Origin: an uncultured Ruficoccus sp.
GTDB taxonomy: Bacteria; Verrucomicrobiota; Verrucomicrobiia; Opitutales; Cerasicoccaceae
DNA: 64,000 bases
Assembly: GCA_965140785.1 (NCBI GenBank)
Contig: OZ223481.1
Span: 64,001-128,000 of the forward strand
Reading direction: 5' to 3'
Shown: one piece after another, positions 53,724 to 63,700 of the stretch
How positions within the stretch are numbered: the first letter of the stretch is position 1
How the letters are laid out: the number at the start of each line of letters is the position of its first letter
The notes under the pieces: model-generated
What the model saw: the letters and a program-made list of their open reading frames with translations, nothing else
Databases searched by the model: none
Told to the model about the DNA's origin: nothing
Program-made: the position numbers and the translations under genes

Positions 53724-53807
53724 GAAGCGTCGTAGGGCCTGGTTAAGGAATCTCGTCCACCTACCGGTCTTTTCCGGTCTTCCTGATCTTTCTGTTAAAA
53801 AAAAGCC

Positions 53808-54197
53808 TCAGGCCTTTTTGTTGGCGCTGGGCTGCTGCTCGAGGACGTTCTCTATCCAGTTGAGGGCCGCCGTCAGGTCGAAGAAGAAGCCGATCGGCAT
53901 CTTCGGCATGAAGCCGCGCTCGATTTGCAGGGCCTGCCAGCTCGCCGTGCGATAGGTCACGATGGCCAGCGCACTCAGAAGGGGTACCTGGTCCAGCTGC
54001 TTGTAGATGCGTGGATCGATCGAGTAGCTGTGCACGCGGTTGGCGACGTAGCCGAAAGGCCGGGTGAAGTGCTCCTGCGCCAGCGAGCCAAGCGTATCCA
54101 GCATCGGCACGTCAAAATTGACGCCCTCGGCAAACTCGCCCACCATATAGTTTGCGTGGAAGGTGAACTGGCCAAAAGATAGCTTGTGGGTAATCAT
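53808..54197 (-). CDS. hypothetical protein (SpoIIAA/STAS-like)
   Basis: C-terminal 'FFDLTAALNWI'; ATG at 54197. Confidence 0.55.
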   Translation of the reverse strand: MITHKLSFGQFTFHANYMVGEFAEGVNFDVPMLDTLGSLAQEHFTRPFGYVANRVHSYSIDPRIYKQLDQVPLLSALAIVTYRTASWQALQIERGFMPKMPIGFFFDLTAALNWIENVLEQQPSANKKA

Positions 54198-54368
54198 GAC
54201 AACGATCGAATGGATGTGCCAGATGGGGGGAGGGCATGCGCTATCACGCTGAGGCAGGTTACACGCAAAACCGCCCTTTTTCAAGGACAGCAACCCGCCT
54301 GGCCCGTCATATTCCTCCGGTTTCCCCTACTGGTGTGATGTCAAAGTCTGGGTCCAGTCTCTGCTGTT

Positions 54369-54668
54369 TTATTCCTCCTCAAAACGGATGATGATCTCGT
54401 CTTCACGCGAATAACCCAGTCGATCCCGGGCCACCCGCTCGAAAAATGCGGAGTCAGTGAGCAGCTTGTTGAGATAAGCCTGTTTGTAGGCACGTTCACC
54501 CTGAGCCCGGTCAATACGCTGCTGCAAGGCGGCTTCGCGGGTCTCGTGCACCGAGTATTCGCGCCAGGTGCGCAGGAGCAGCAGGGAAAAGACCGCTACG
54601 ACCACGACAAGGCCGACCGCCAACGAGCCGGCCATGAATTGATGCAAGAACTTGGGTGACAATCGCAT
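54369..54668 (-). CDS. septum formation initiator (FtsB/DivIC family)
   Basis: TM, coiled coil, 'ERVARDRLGY...E'. Confidence 0.8.
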   Translation of the reverse strand: MRLSPKFLHQFMAGSLAVGLVVVVAVFSLLLLRTWREYSVHETREAALQQRIDRAQGERAYKQAYLNKLLTDSAFFERVARDRLGYSREDEIIIRFEEE

Positions 54669-54854
54669 TCCTTATTCACAGGAGTAGTAACACAGATGAT
54701 TTGTTCGGTAAAGACCAAACCTTATTCTTAGAACTTTTACAAGTCGCTTACCCGTTCCGTCACTGAAAATACTGGCCATCAGCGTGCTCAGCACGTATGC
54801 TGCCCCGCTCAAATCGTTTATCACGCGTGTTTTGCCGCGCGGCTTGTCCGATCC

Positions 54855-55673
54855 ATGTACCAGCACTTCTATGGTTTTCAGGCGATGCCTTTCAATGTGA
54901 CGCCGGACCCGAAGTTTCTTTTTCTCAGTCCGACGCACCAGGAGGCGCTTTCTCATCTCCGCTACGGCATTGCCGAGCGGAAGGGCTTCATCGTCCTCAC
55001 CGGCGAGGTCGGCTGCGGCAAGTCCACCCTGTGCCGCACGCTGCTCAATGAGCTCGACGACGAGCGCTACGAGTCCGTCCTCATCCTCAACCCGCGCATT
55101 GACGAGGAGCAACTGGTGTTGGCCATCCTGCGCGAGCTGGGAGAACCGGTGGACGAACATGCCCACGCCGACCGCACGGGCCGCCTCAACGAGGCCCTCC
55201 TGCGCCGCATCCACGCCGGCAAGGAGATCGTCATGATCATCGACGAGGCGCAGAACCTGTCCTTCGAAGTAATGGAGCAGATCCGCCTCCTGTCCAACCT
55301 CGAGACCGACGAGCAGAAGCTGCTCCAGATTATCCTCATGGGCCAGCCCGAACTGAAGGTCAAGCTGCGCGAGAAGCGCCTGCGGCAGCTGCGCCAGCGC
55401 GTCCTGGTCTACTACGACCTGCACCCGCTGGATCGCCCGCAGACCGAGGCCTACGTCCAGCACCGCCTCTCCCTGGCCGGGGCCAACGGACGCCCGCGCT
55501 TCACCCCGCGCGCCCTGCGCAAAATCTATCGCACCACCCGCGGCACCCCGCGGCTGATCAACAACCTTTGCGACAAGGCCCTGCTCTCGGCCTACACCCG
55601 CAATGCCGACGACGTCAACTGGTGGGACGTTCGCCGGGCTCTCAAGGAACTCAAACGCCTCGAACACGCATGA
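54855..55673 (+). CDS. ExeA/GspA-family AAA ATPase
   Basis: 'YQHFYGF..MPF..TPDP', 'GEVGCGKST', 'IIDEAQNL', 'GQPEL', 'GTPRLINNLCD'. Confidence 0.9.
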   Translation: MYQHFYGFQAMPFNVTPDPKFLFLSPTHQEALSHLRYGIAERKGFIVLTGEVGCGKSTLCRTLLNELDDERYESVLILNPRIDEEQLVLAILRELGEPVDEHAHADRTGRLNEALLRRIHAGKEIVMIIDEAQNLSFEVMEQIRLLSNLETDEQKLLQIILMGQPELKVKLREKRLRQLRQRVLVYYDLHPLDRPQTEAYVQHRLSLAGANGRPRFTPRALRKIYRTTRGTPRLINNLCDKALLSAYTRNADDVNWWDVRRALKELKRLEHA

Positions 55674-56692
55674 GCCTGATTAACGACGCCTTGAAAAAGG
55701 CCCAACGCGACCGCGAAACCGCTGCCAACGGAGACCCCGCCCCGCCGACACCGGAGGGCCCCGCCCCGCAACCTCCGGCCCCCCGCGTCGGCCCGCGCCC
55801 GGGTAACCCGGCCGCCACCCGCACCTTTCGCTGGACGCGCCGGATCATCGGCGTCACCCTCGCCGCCGCCGGGACGACCGCCGCCGTGCTCTTCCTGCTC
55901 GTGCTGATCCGACCCACGCCGGAGCCCGAGTTCGTGCCGCCCCGCGAAATGGCTGTCCACATCAAGATCCCCCAGCCAGCCGCCACTGCCCCCCCCGCCA
56001 ACGACCCGGCGGCATCCACGTCTCCCACCGGGTCCAACGCTGCGGCGGCGGCTATACCCAGCCCGACAGCTCCGGCAGATACGCAGACCGCTCCTACCCA
56101 GCCCGCCACGAGCCCCGCCCCGGCGCAGGAGCCGGGCATCGCCTTCAAGATTCAAGCGGACGAGGGCGAGACACCGACCGCCGACGCCCAGCCTCCGGCA
56201 GGCACCACGACTGAGCCCACCCCCGCCCCGGCGAATACCGTTGCCTCAGCTCCTGCTCCGACGAAGGACGCCACCCCCCCCACCCCCCCGGATACTGCCC
56301 CATCGGTAGCCACTTCCGAACCGGGCCCGTCAACACCCGCCGACGCAAATGCACCGGCTCAGGAGGGTCCGCTTCCCATCGCCTTTGCCATGCCCGAGCA
56401 GCCCGTCACGGTGGCCGCGACTGAAACCGCCAACCCGGACGAGGCACCGGCCGAGATGTCTTCGCCCGGCGCCGAGGGCGATCCGGCGGTGCTCGCGTTC
56501 CTGAATGCCTCCCGTATCGCAGGGGTCAAAGTCGCGGGTAAACAAAGCCGCGTGCTCATGAACAACCAGGTCTTTTTTGTCGGTTCGGTGGTTGACCCAA
56601 ACACCCGGTTGCGCATCAAGGCTATAGAGAACAGCGAAATAGAATTTATTGATGAGTCAGGACTCGAATACAGAAAGCGATTCCAGCGCTAA
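55670..56692 (+). CDS. ExeB/GspB-like proline-rich membrane protein
   Basis: 'MSLINDALKKAQ' N-terminus, TM, Pro/Ala linker; ATGA overlap with the exeA-like gene. Confidence 0.7.
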   Translation: MSLINDALKKAQRDRETAANGDPAPPTPEGPAPQPPAPRVGPRPGNPAATRTFRWTRRIIGVTLAAAGTTAAVLFLLVLIRPTPEPEFVPPREMAVHIKIPQPAATAPPANDPAASTSPTGSNAAAAAIPSPTAPADTQTAPTQPATSPAPAQEPGIAFKIQADEGETPTADAQPPAGTTTEPTPAPANTVASAPAPTKDATPPTPPDTAPSVATSEPGPSTPADANAPAQEGPLPIAFAMPEQPVTVAATETANPDEAPAEMSSPGAEGDPAVLAFLNASRIAGVKVAGKQSRVLMNNQVFFVGSVVDPNTRLRIKAIENSEIEFIDESGLEYRKRFQR

Positions 56693-57746
56693 GAAAAAGC
56701 TCACGCTCAGGCGCAAGGGCGCCCCACGTAACGATGCCCCGCCTGCGGCCAGCGGAAGCGACCTGACGTCGCCGACACGGATGAAATTCAGCCCCAAAGG
56801 CAAATCCGAGGAAGCCCCGGCCAAGCCATCGCCCCCGCCGGAGGAACCCCTCGTTCCCCAAAAGCCGCTGGCCAGCCGCTCCCCTTCGGACACCCCCACC
56901 ATCAAACCCAAGCTGAAGTCCAGCCCCTCCGATACCCCGAAGCCCCCCTCAGAAAAAAAGAGCGACTCGGCGAACGTCCCACTGAGCTTCACGCCACCGC
57001 CCTCTGCCAGTTCGCCGGAGTCCTCGTCACCGCCTGCCGCGCCCAAAGTGCCGCCGGGTGTGAAAATCGTCAAAGACGAGCCCGCTGCGCCCGCGGGCCC
57101 TCCGCCTGTCCTGCCGCCAGTCATCAGCCAAACAGCCGGCTCGCACACGCCTCCGCCTCTTTCCGCTCCGGCCCTTTTACAGGACGACGACCCGGACGTC
57201 CGGCCGGTCCAGACCAAAGCCCGCAGCAACGTGCTGTCCGTGGTGTTGATCTTTGTGCTCATCCTCGCAGCCCTCGGCGGCATCGGTTATGCGCTTTTCA
57301 GCTTTTTAGGCAATTCGGACAGCGAAACCAGCGCGAGCCAATGGACACCCAAATCCTTCGATGAAGAAGGAACCGGCACGCCCCCGAAGCTTGACCGCCC
57401 CGAGGCGGAAGCGGAAACACCGGCTCCCGAGACCGATCCGTTGACACCCGAGTCCCCGGAAGCCACCGATTGGAGGCCCGACACCTTTGAGCCCATTCCG
57501 ACCAGCCCCACGCTGGTCGATACGGACGGTGAGGCCGGTCAGGCGAATCCGGATGTCGCCGCCTGGATCGAGCAAATGCGGCCCAACGCCCTGATGGGTA
57601 ACCGCATGAGCATCGACGGGACGACCTACCGCATCGGCGACAAAATCAGCACAAGCCCTTTGGTCATCTGGGTGGGACACGACCCGGACCTGGCCGTGCT
57701 GACCTTCCGCGACGCCAACGGCGTTCTCTACGAGAAGGATTATTAG
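56652..57746 (+). CDS. proline-rich membrane protein with a GspB-like C-terminal domain (start uncertain)
   Basis: Pro/Ser-rich region, TM, C-terminus resembling that of the upstream gene. Confidence 0.6.
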   Translation: MSQDSNTESDSSAKKKLTLRRKGAPRNDAPPAASGSDLTSPTRMKFSPKGKSEEAPAKPSPPPEEPLVPQKPLASRSPSDTPTIKPKLKSSPSDTPKPPSEKKSDSANVPLSFTPPPSASSPESSSPPAAPKVPPGVKIVKDEPAAPAGPPPVLPPVISQTAGSHTPPPLSAPALLQDDDPDVRPVQTKARSNVLSVVLIFVLILAALGGIGYALFSFLGNSDSETSASQWTPKSFDEEGTGTPPKLDRPEAEAETPAPETDPLTPESPEATDWRPDTFEPIPTSPTLVDTDGEAGQANPDVAAWIEQMRPNALMGNRMSIDGTTYRIGDKISTSPLVIWVGHDPDLAVLTFRDANGVLYEKDY

Positions 57747-57911
57747 GGCCTGTTCAGATAAACGCTCAAAGTGGCAGAAAATGGGTCTTTTTGGCCCGAT
57801 GCCGACGTTTTTCGACTCGACGAATCTGGAGAATTGTCGAGCTGAGGAGACGAAATTCAGACCCAAACAGGCACGAGGATGTGACCTGAGCAGGTTTGCG
57901 GACAGTGCCTA
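57744..57911. mobile_element. possible MITE / IS-end remnant
   Basis: Imperfect terminal inverted repeats TAGGGCCTGTTCAGATAAAC and GTTTGCGGACAGTGCCTA overlap both flanking stop codons. Confidence 0.35.
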
Positions 57912-59762
57912 GTCCAGATACGGGGAGTACTCCGGAACCATGTGCTGGAGCATCTGCTTGATCTGGTTGCGGTCGAGCCGCTCGAGATTCTGGACCAGGT
58001 CCTGGAGTTGCCCATCCAGGACGGCCAGATCGCAGGGGGTGGAGATGTACCGCTGCACGCGGGGGTGGGAGGTGGCCACATACTCCTCGCCCTTATGCTT
58101 GAGCTCTTCGAATAACTTCTCGCCGGGACGCAGACCGACAAAGCGGATTTCGATGTCGATATCCGGCTTGAATCCGCTCAGCTCGATCAACTGGCGGGCC
58201 ACATCGACGACCTTGATCGGCTGCCCCATATCCAGTACGAAGATATCGCCCCCCGCTCCCAGGATGGCTGTTTGCAGGACCAGCCCGACCGCCTCGGGGA
58301 TAGACATGAAGTAGCGGGTCACGTCCGGATGGGTCACCGTGACCGGCCCGCCCTCGCGGATCTGTTTCTTAAAAATCGGTACCACGCTGCCGGAGGAGCC
58401 AAGCACGTTACCGAAACGCACTGCCAGGAAGATTGTTTCGTTGTTGGGATCACCTTGCAGAGCTTGCAGGTAGAGCTCAGCCAGGCGCTTGGAGGCACCC
58501 ATTGCGCTGGTGGGGTTGATCGCCTTGTCTGAGGAAATGAAAACAAAACGCTGGCAGTGGTACTTGCTGGCCAGCCGGGCGAACTTCGCCGTGGCCATGG
58601 TGTTGTTCTTGATCGCCTCACCGGGCTGAAGCTCGATCATCGGCACGTGCTTGTGCGCCGCCGAGTGGAAGATGACCGTCGGTCGGTAGCGGTCGAGTAT
58701 GAACTCCATCCGATCCTGGTCGTTTACGTCGGCCAGCAGCGGCAGCACGATCGAGCTAAAGCCCTCCGAGCGCAGTTCCTGCTCGATCACGAACAGAGCC
58801 GCCTCCGACTGCTCAACCAGCAGGATGCGGGAGGGGTTCTTGGCCGCGATCTGGCGGCAGAGTTCGCCCCCGATGCTGCCACCGGCCCCCGTCACCATGA
58901 CCACATTCTGGCACAGCAACTGGTGAATTTCGACCGCGTTCGTCTCCAGACTGGAGCGGCCGAGAAAATCCTCCAACTCCACCGAGCGCAATTGCTCCGC
59001 CCGGATCTGCCCGTAGAGCAATTCCTGGGGCGAGGGCACAATCAGCGTATCCAGCCGCTCACGGCGGGTGCGCAGGAGCACTTCACGGATGGCCGCCGGG
59101 GAGATATTCGGCTGAGCGATGATGACCCGGTCCAGGTCATAACGGGCCACCGCGCGACTGAGCGTTTCAATCCCGCCAAAAACACGCAACCCCTGGTACT
59201 TGTGCCCGATAACCGCCGGGTTGTCGTCGAGAATCGTGATCGGCTGCATACCGAATCCGCGCTTGGAAAGCAGATCCTGAATCAGCGCGTCGCAGACAAA
59301 ACCCGCCCCATAAATGGCCACCCGATAGTTGCGAAAACCCGAGCGTTCATCGATGCCGAGCGCATCGCCTCGGAAGTACTGCAATACGCCGCGGAAAAGC
59401 GTCAGCGCCAGCAGCGTCGTCATAAAATTGATCAGGATCACCCCGCGGGACGGACAGTCCCGCCCGTCGAAGACGTACCACAGGTAGAGCAGAAACATGG
59501 ACGTGACCCCCAGCGCCATCGCCAACTGGAAAAAGTCATAGCTGCGGAAACGAGCCGCTGTCACCTCGAACTGGCCAAAAGCGTAGAGCACCACCACCTC
59601 CAGCGGGATGAGCCAGAGCATGATCTCCACCCGCTGGCGCTGGTATTTATCCGGCACTTGAAATTCCCACCGGATCTCATTGGCGAAGTAAAAGCCGGCC
59701 ACGCATAAAAATATGATGAGGCCAGCATAGACCAAGCCTTCGCGGTTAACTTTTCTAGCCAT
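57909..59762 (-). CDS. nucleoside-diphosphate sugar dehydratase (CapD/PglF/WbpM family)
   Basis: N-terminal TMs, 'VTGAGGSIGGELCRQ', 'AAHKHVP', 'SSDKA', 'VRFGNVLGSSGSV', 'GLRPGEKLFEEL'. Confidence 0.92.
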   Translation of the reverse strand: MARKVNREGLVYAGLIIFLCVAGFYFANEIRWEFQVPDKYQRQRVEIMLWLIPLEVVVLYAFGQFEVTAARFRSYDFFQLAMALGVTSMFLLYLWYVFDGRDCPSRGVILINFMTTLLALTLFRGVLQYFRGDALGIDERSGFRNYRVAIYGAGFVCDALIQDLLSKRGFGMQPITILDDNPAVIGHKYQGLRVFGGIETLSRAVARYDLDRVIIAQPNISPAAIREVLLRTRRERLDTLIVPSPQELLYGQIRAEQLRSVELEDFLGRSSLETNAVEIHQLLCQNVVMVTGAGGSIGGELCRQIAAKNPSRILLVEQSEAALFVIEQELRSEGFSSIVLPLLADVNDQDRMEFILDRYRPTVIFHSAAHKHVPMIELQPGEAIKNNTMATAKFARLASKYHCQRFVFISSDKAINPTSAMGASKRLAELYLQALQGDPNNETIFLAVRFGNVLGSSGSVVPIFKKQIREGGPVTVTHPDVTRYFMSIPEAVGLVLQTAILGAGGDIFVLDMGQPIKVVDVARQLIELSGFKPDIDIEIRFVGLRPGEKLFEELKHKGEEYVATSHPRVQRYISTPCDLAVLDGQLQDLVQNLERLDRNQIKQMLQHMVPEYSPYLD

Positions 59763-59932
59763 GAAGTGAGAGCGTAAAGGGTGCTTTTGTCCGTATTTGC
59801 CGGGGTGTAAAAAACTAAATCCTTAGCTGAAGCCCCCAGCCGAAACAAGCCCAAAGGCATGTCCGGTAGCTGGAGTATCCAGCTTGACCGGGATTGGAGA
59901 TGGCCATAGCGTTCCTCCCCTCTGTGTCGATC

Positions 59933-61069
59933 ATGGATAGTGAATTTTTCGGAATCCTGCTGCTTCTGGGCGGACTGGGCGTGGCCTTCGTCCTTACCCT
60001 GGTGACGACCTCTATTCTCAGCCGCCATGCAGAACGGCTGGGCCTTATCGACAAACCCGACCACCGCAAAATCCACAGCACCCCCATTCCGCGTATCGGC
60101 GGGCTGGGGATCTTTGCGGGACTGATGGGCAGTCTGCTGTATTTCTCTTATGTTCGCCAACTCTTCCCTGCCGAGATCGGAGCCCTGGCCATGCCCAATA
60201 TTTACTTTATGACCGGCGGGATTGTGATCGCCGTCACCGGGCTGGTGGACGACTTCAAGGGCATCAGTTTCCGGCAAAAGCTGGTCGCCCAGTGCCTGAT
60301 CGCGGTTTACATCATCCTGGCGGGCTACCGTCTGGAGTTCGATTTCGGTATTTTCCCGGGCTACGCACACATGGCCTCCATTCCGGTCACCTTTCTGTGG
60401 ATCATCGGCGTCATTAACGCGGTCAACCTTATCGACGGCATGGACGGGCTGGCAGGCGGCACCTTCATGATCTCGCTCATCACGCTGACGGTCTGTTATT
60501 GGCTGCTGGGGAGCACGCTGGAGCTGGTCTTCATTTTCTGCCTGGCCGGAGCCGTGCTGGGCTTCCTCGCGCTCAACACGTACCCGGCGAAAGTGTTCAT
60601 GGGCGATACCGGCAGCCTGTTCCTGGGCTATGTCATTGCCTGCTACTCCCTTAAATCCAGCACCCTGGGGTACAACTATTTAATGTTTATGGTTCCCATC
60701 CTGGCGGTGGGGCTGCCGGTCTTTGACACGCTGTTGTCCATGATACGCCGCTACCTGAGAGGCCGACCGGTCTTTTACCCGGACAAGGATCACATCCACC
60801 ACCGGGTACGCAAGGTATTCGGAGGAACCCAGCGCATTGCCGTCATGCGGCTGTACTACATCAACGTCGTACTCGGAGCCATGGCCATCCTCCTGAGCTT
60901 GTCCAACGACTGGCTGGCCATACTGATCCTGTTCCTGACGACAGTTTACCTCTTCGTGGTCGTCTGGCGCCTCAAGTATATAAACCCGCGGGAATTACTG
61001 AAAAAACGCCGCAAGCCCAAACACCGCGGGCTCCTGTCCACCGGCGGGGCATTCCCCTATCGTTTCTGA
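59933..61069 (+). CDS. WecA/MraY family glycosyltransferase 4
   Basis: 'DKPDHRKIH..PIPRIGG', 'NAVNLIDGMDGLA', 'FMGDTGS', 'DKDHIHHR'. Confidence 0.92.
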   Translation: MDSEFFGILLLLGGLGVAFVLTLVTTSILSRHAERLGLIDKPDHRKIHSTPIPRIGGLGIFAGLMGSLLYFSYVRQLFPAEIGALAMPNIYFMTGGIVIAVTGLVDDFKGISFRQKLVAQCLIAVYIILAGYRLEFDFGIFPGYAHMASIPVTFLWIIGVINAVNLIDGMDGLAGGTFMISLITLTVCYWLLGSTLELVFIFCLAGAVLGFLALNTYPAKVFMGDTGSLFLGYVIACYSLKSSTLGYNYLMFMVPILAVGLPVFDTLLSMIRRYLRGRPVFYPDKDHIHHRVRKVFGGTQRIAVMRLYYINVVLGAMAILLSLSNDWLAILILFLTTVYLFVVVWRLKYINPRELLKKRRKPKHRGLLSTGGAFPYRF

Positions 61070-62190
61070 GCGAAGGCCGTTTCGACGCACCGGCAGACCC
61101 GCTCCTGCTGTTCCGGCGTCAATTGACTGGGCAGACACAGGCCGGTCGCCGCCAACTCCTCGGCCACCTCACCGCCATAGGATCGGCAATGCGCGAAACA
61201 CGGCTGGGTGTGCAAAGGCCGCCAAAGCGGGCGCGCCTCGATATTTTCCGCCTCCAGGGCGTCCAGCAACTGCCCACTCGTGAGCCCGGCGGCGGCGTTA
61301 TCGATCAGCAGGGTGCTCAACCAGCGGGTGCAAGTCCCTCCCTCGATTTCGGGCATAAATGTCACCCCGGGCAGCACTCCCAGGCGTTCCCGGTAGCGTT
61401 CAAAGACTTGGCGGCGGCGCTCGATCTTGGCCGGGAGGCTTTTCAGTTGCGACAGGCCGAGGGCGGCCAGCAGGTTGCTCAGCCGGTAGTTGTAGCCGAC
61501 CTCCCGGTGGACGTATTCCCGGCCCGGCTCGCGCGCCTGGGTGGCCAGCATGCGCACCCGTGCGGCCAGCTCCGGCTCGTCGGTCAGCAGCATCCCCCCG
61601 CCCGAGCAGGTAATGATCTTATTGCCGTTAAAGGATAAAACCCCCGCCCGGCCAAAGCTCCCCGCCGCTCGATTTCGGTAACGCGCCCCGAGCGCCTCGG
61701 CGGCATCCTCGACCAGCGGCACCCCATACTGCGCACACAAGCGGCCGATGGCCTCCATGTCGGCGCATTGGCCGTAGGCCTGCACGACCTCGACCACCGC
61801 GGGCATTTCTCCCGAGTCGGCGGCCTCGCGCAAGGCTTCCTCCAGCCGCTGGGGGTCCATGTTCCAGCCCGCGCGCTCCGAATCGATAAAAACCGGCTCG
61901 GCCCCGCAGTACACCACGGCATTGGCCGAGGCGGCAAAGCTCATGGTCGAGCAAAACACCCGGTCGCCGGGCCCCACGCCCACCTCTTTCAGGGCCAGGT
62001 GCAGGGCGGCGGTGCCGGAGGCCAGGGCCACTGCGTGTGCCACCCCGGTCTGGCGGCACATTTCCGACTCGAAGGCGGCCAGGGCGGGCCCCACCGGGGC
62101 GATCCAGTTGCTGTGGAAAGCCTCCGTGAGGGCGGCCAGGTCGGCTGCGGACATATCGGGCGGAGAGAGATAAATGCGCTCGGCGCTCAT
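61057..62190 (-). CDS. DegT/DnrJ/EryC1/StrS aminotransferase (PglE-like)
   Basis: 'SGTAALHLAL', 'EDAAEALG', 'SFNGNKIIT.SGGG', 'GYNYRLSN'. Confidence 0.92.
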   Translation of the reverse strand: MSAERIYLSPPDMSAADLAALTEAFHSNWIAPVGPALAAFESEMCRQTGVAHAVALASGTAALHLALKEVGVGPGDRVFCSTMSFAASANAVVYCGAEPVFIDSERAGWNMDPQRLEEALREAADSGEMPAVVEVVQAYGQCADMEAIGRLCAQYGVPLVEDAAEALGARYRNRAAGSFGRAGVLSFNGNKIITCSGGGMLLTDEPELAARVRMLATQAREPGREYVHREVGYNYRLSNLLAALGLSQLKSLPAKIERRRQVFERYRERLGVLPGVTFMPEIEGGTCTRWLSTLLIDNAAAGLTSGQLLDALEAENIEARPLWRPLHTQPCFAHCRSYGGEVAEELAATGLCLPSQLTPEQQERVCRCVETAFAQKR

Positions 62191-62284
62191 GGGCGGGACA
62201 CGGCCTGGGGTTTAACTTGAAAAAAAGGCAATGAACTTTAGAATATTTTTCCTGTCGCCTTATTCAAACCCTTTCCTCTCCCCC

Positions 62285-63010
62285 ATGAAAATTCTCCTGC
62301 TCTCCCTCGGCGGCCTGATCTGCGCCGCCCTTATCGGCATCTTCATCCGCCAGGAATATTTCTATAATCCGGAGGTGACGCTGACCGAGCCCCTGGACGA
62401 GCTGATTTCTCCGGACCTGCCAGGCTGGACGAGCGAAGATCTCGAACTGGCCGACTCCCCGGAAATGCAGGAAAGGACGGAGCAGATTCTCAACTTCACG
62501 CAAGCGCTTTACCGTAAATACACGCAGGGCGATCGTGAAGTCGGCGTCTATGTCGCCTACTGGAAGCCCAAAAAGATGCCCGTGCGCCTAGTCCAGGCCC
62601 ACACCCCGGATATCTGCTGGGTCCGCAATGGCTGGAACCCCCAGGACCGCGAAGAAAGCGTCGAGATGGCTGCCGGGGAGACGGAGCTCTTCCCCGCCGA
62701 ATATCGCAGCTACAACCGGCAGGAGGGGGGCAATCTCACCTACGTCTATTACTGGCACACCGTCGGCGACACCCTCTATGTCAACCGCGTCGTGGGCACC
62801 TGGGACCGCCTGGACCCGATCAAGACCATCTTCAAGTACGGTCTGGACCAGATGCAGGAACAATTCTTTGTCCGCATTTCCAGCAACAAGCCCTTTGGCG
62901 ACCTCTTTCAGGCCGATCCGGGCATGCGGGAGCTGATGGAAGAACTGGCCGACCTGACCCTGGCTCCGCCGCCCCCGCTTGAGCCCATTGCCCAGCCGAG
63001 CGCCTCCTGA
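62285..63010 (+). CDS. exosortase-associated EpsI family protein
   Basis: 'LPGW', 'VYVAYW', 'HTPDICW..NGW', 'VYYWH', 'FVRIS'. Confidence 0.75.
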   Translation: MKILLLSLGGLICAALIGIFIRQEYFYNPEVTLTEPLDELISPDLPGWTSEDLELADSPEMQERTEQILNFTQALYRKYTQGDREVGVYVAYWKPKKMPVRLVQAHTPDICWVRNGWNPQDREESVEMAAGETELFPAEYRSYNRQEGGNLTYVYYWHTVGDTLYVNRVVGTWDRLDPIKTIFKYGLDQMQEQFFVRISSNKPFGDLFQADPGMRELMEELADLTLAPPPPLEPIAQPSAS

Positions 63011-63062
63011 GTACCTCGCGGTGCTGGCCCGCGTTTCGCCCGCGGCTCCTGTTTAACCCCTA

Positions 63063-63644
63063 TCAACGCAGGGACGCGCACTTGTCGTAACAGTGGCACG
63101 ACACCAGGTGATCGTTGACCATGCCCACCGCCTGCATGAAGGCGTAGAGCGTGGTCGAGCCCACAAATTTAAACCCGAGCTTCTTCAAGTCCCGGCTGAT
63201 CGTATCCGAGAGCGGCGTGTGGGCGGGGAGCTGCTCCAGCTTGGTCCAGGCGTTCACTATCGGTCGGTGATCGACATAGCGCCACAGAAACGCATCCAGC
63301 GACCCGTACGCCTTCACGATGTCGAAGTAAACGTTCGCGTTGTGAATGGCGGCTTCGATCTTTAGGCGGTGCCGGATGATCCCAGGGTTCTTCACCATCG
63401 CCTCCACCTCGCGTGGGCCGAAGCCCGCCAGCTCGTGCGGATTGAAGTCGGCGTAGGCTTCGCACAGGCCGTCCCACTTGGCCAGGATGGTGGACCAGCT
63501 CAGGCCCGCCTGCTGCCCCTCCAGAATCAGCATCTTGAACAGGTGCAAATCGTCGTGACTGGGGATACCCCACTCCTCGTCGTGGTAAGCTCGCTCCAGC
63601 TCGCCGTGAGTGGCCCAGCCGCATCGAATGATTTCGTCCGCCAT
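63063..63644 (-). CDS. tag: DNA-3-methyladenine glycosylase I
   Basis: 'RCGW', 'YHDEEWG', 'LEGQQAGLSW', 'GFKFVG', 'GMVNDHL..C'. Confidence 0.95.
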   Translation of the reverse strand: MADEIIRCGWATHGELERAYHDEEWGIPSHDDLHLFKMLILEGQQAGLSWSTILAKWDGLCEAYADFNPHELAGFGPREVEAMVKNPGIIRHRLKIEAAIHNANVYFDIVKAYGSLDAFLWRYVDHRPIVNAWTKLEQLPAHTPLSDTISRDLKKLGFKFVGSTTLYAFMQAVGMVNDHLVSCHCYDKCASLR

Positions 63645-63700
63645 GAAACTGAGTTATTCCCCAACTGACAAGCGGGGGCAACTCCAACTATCAGCAAAAA

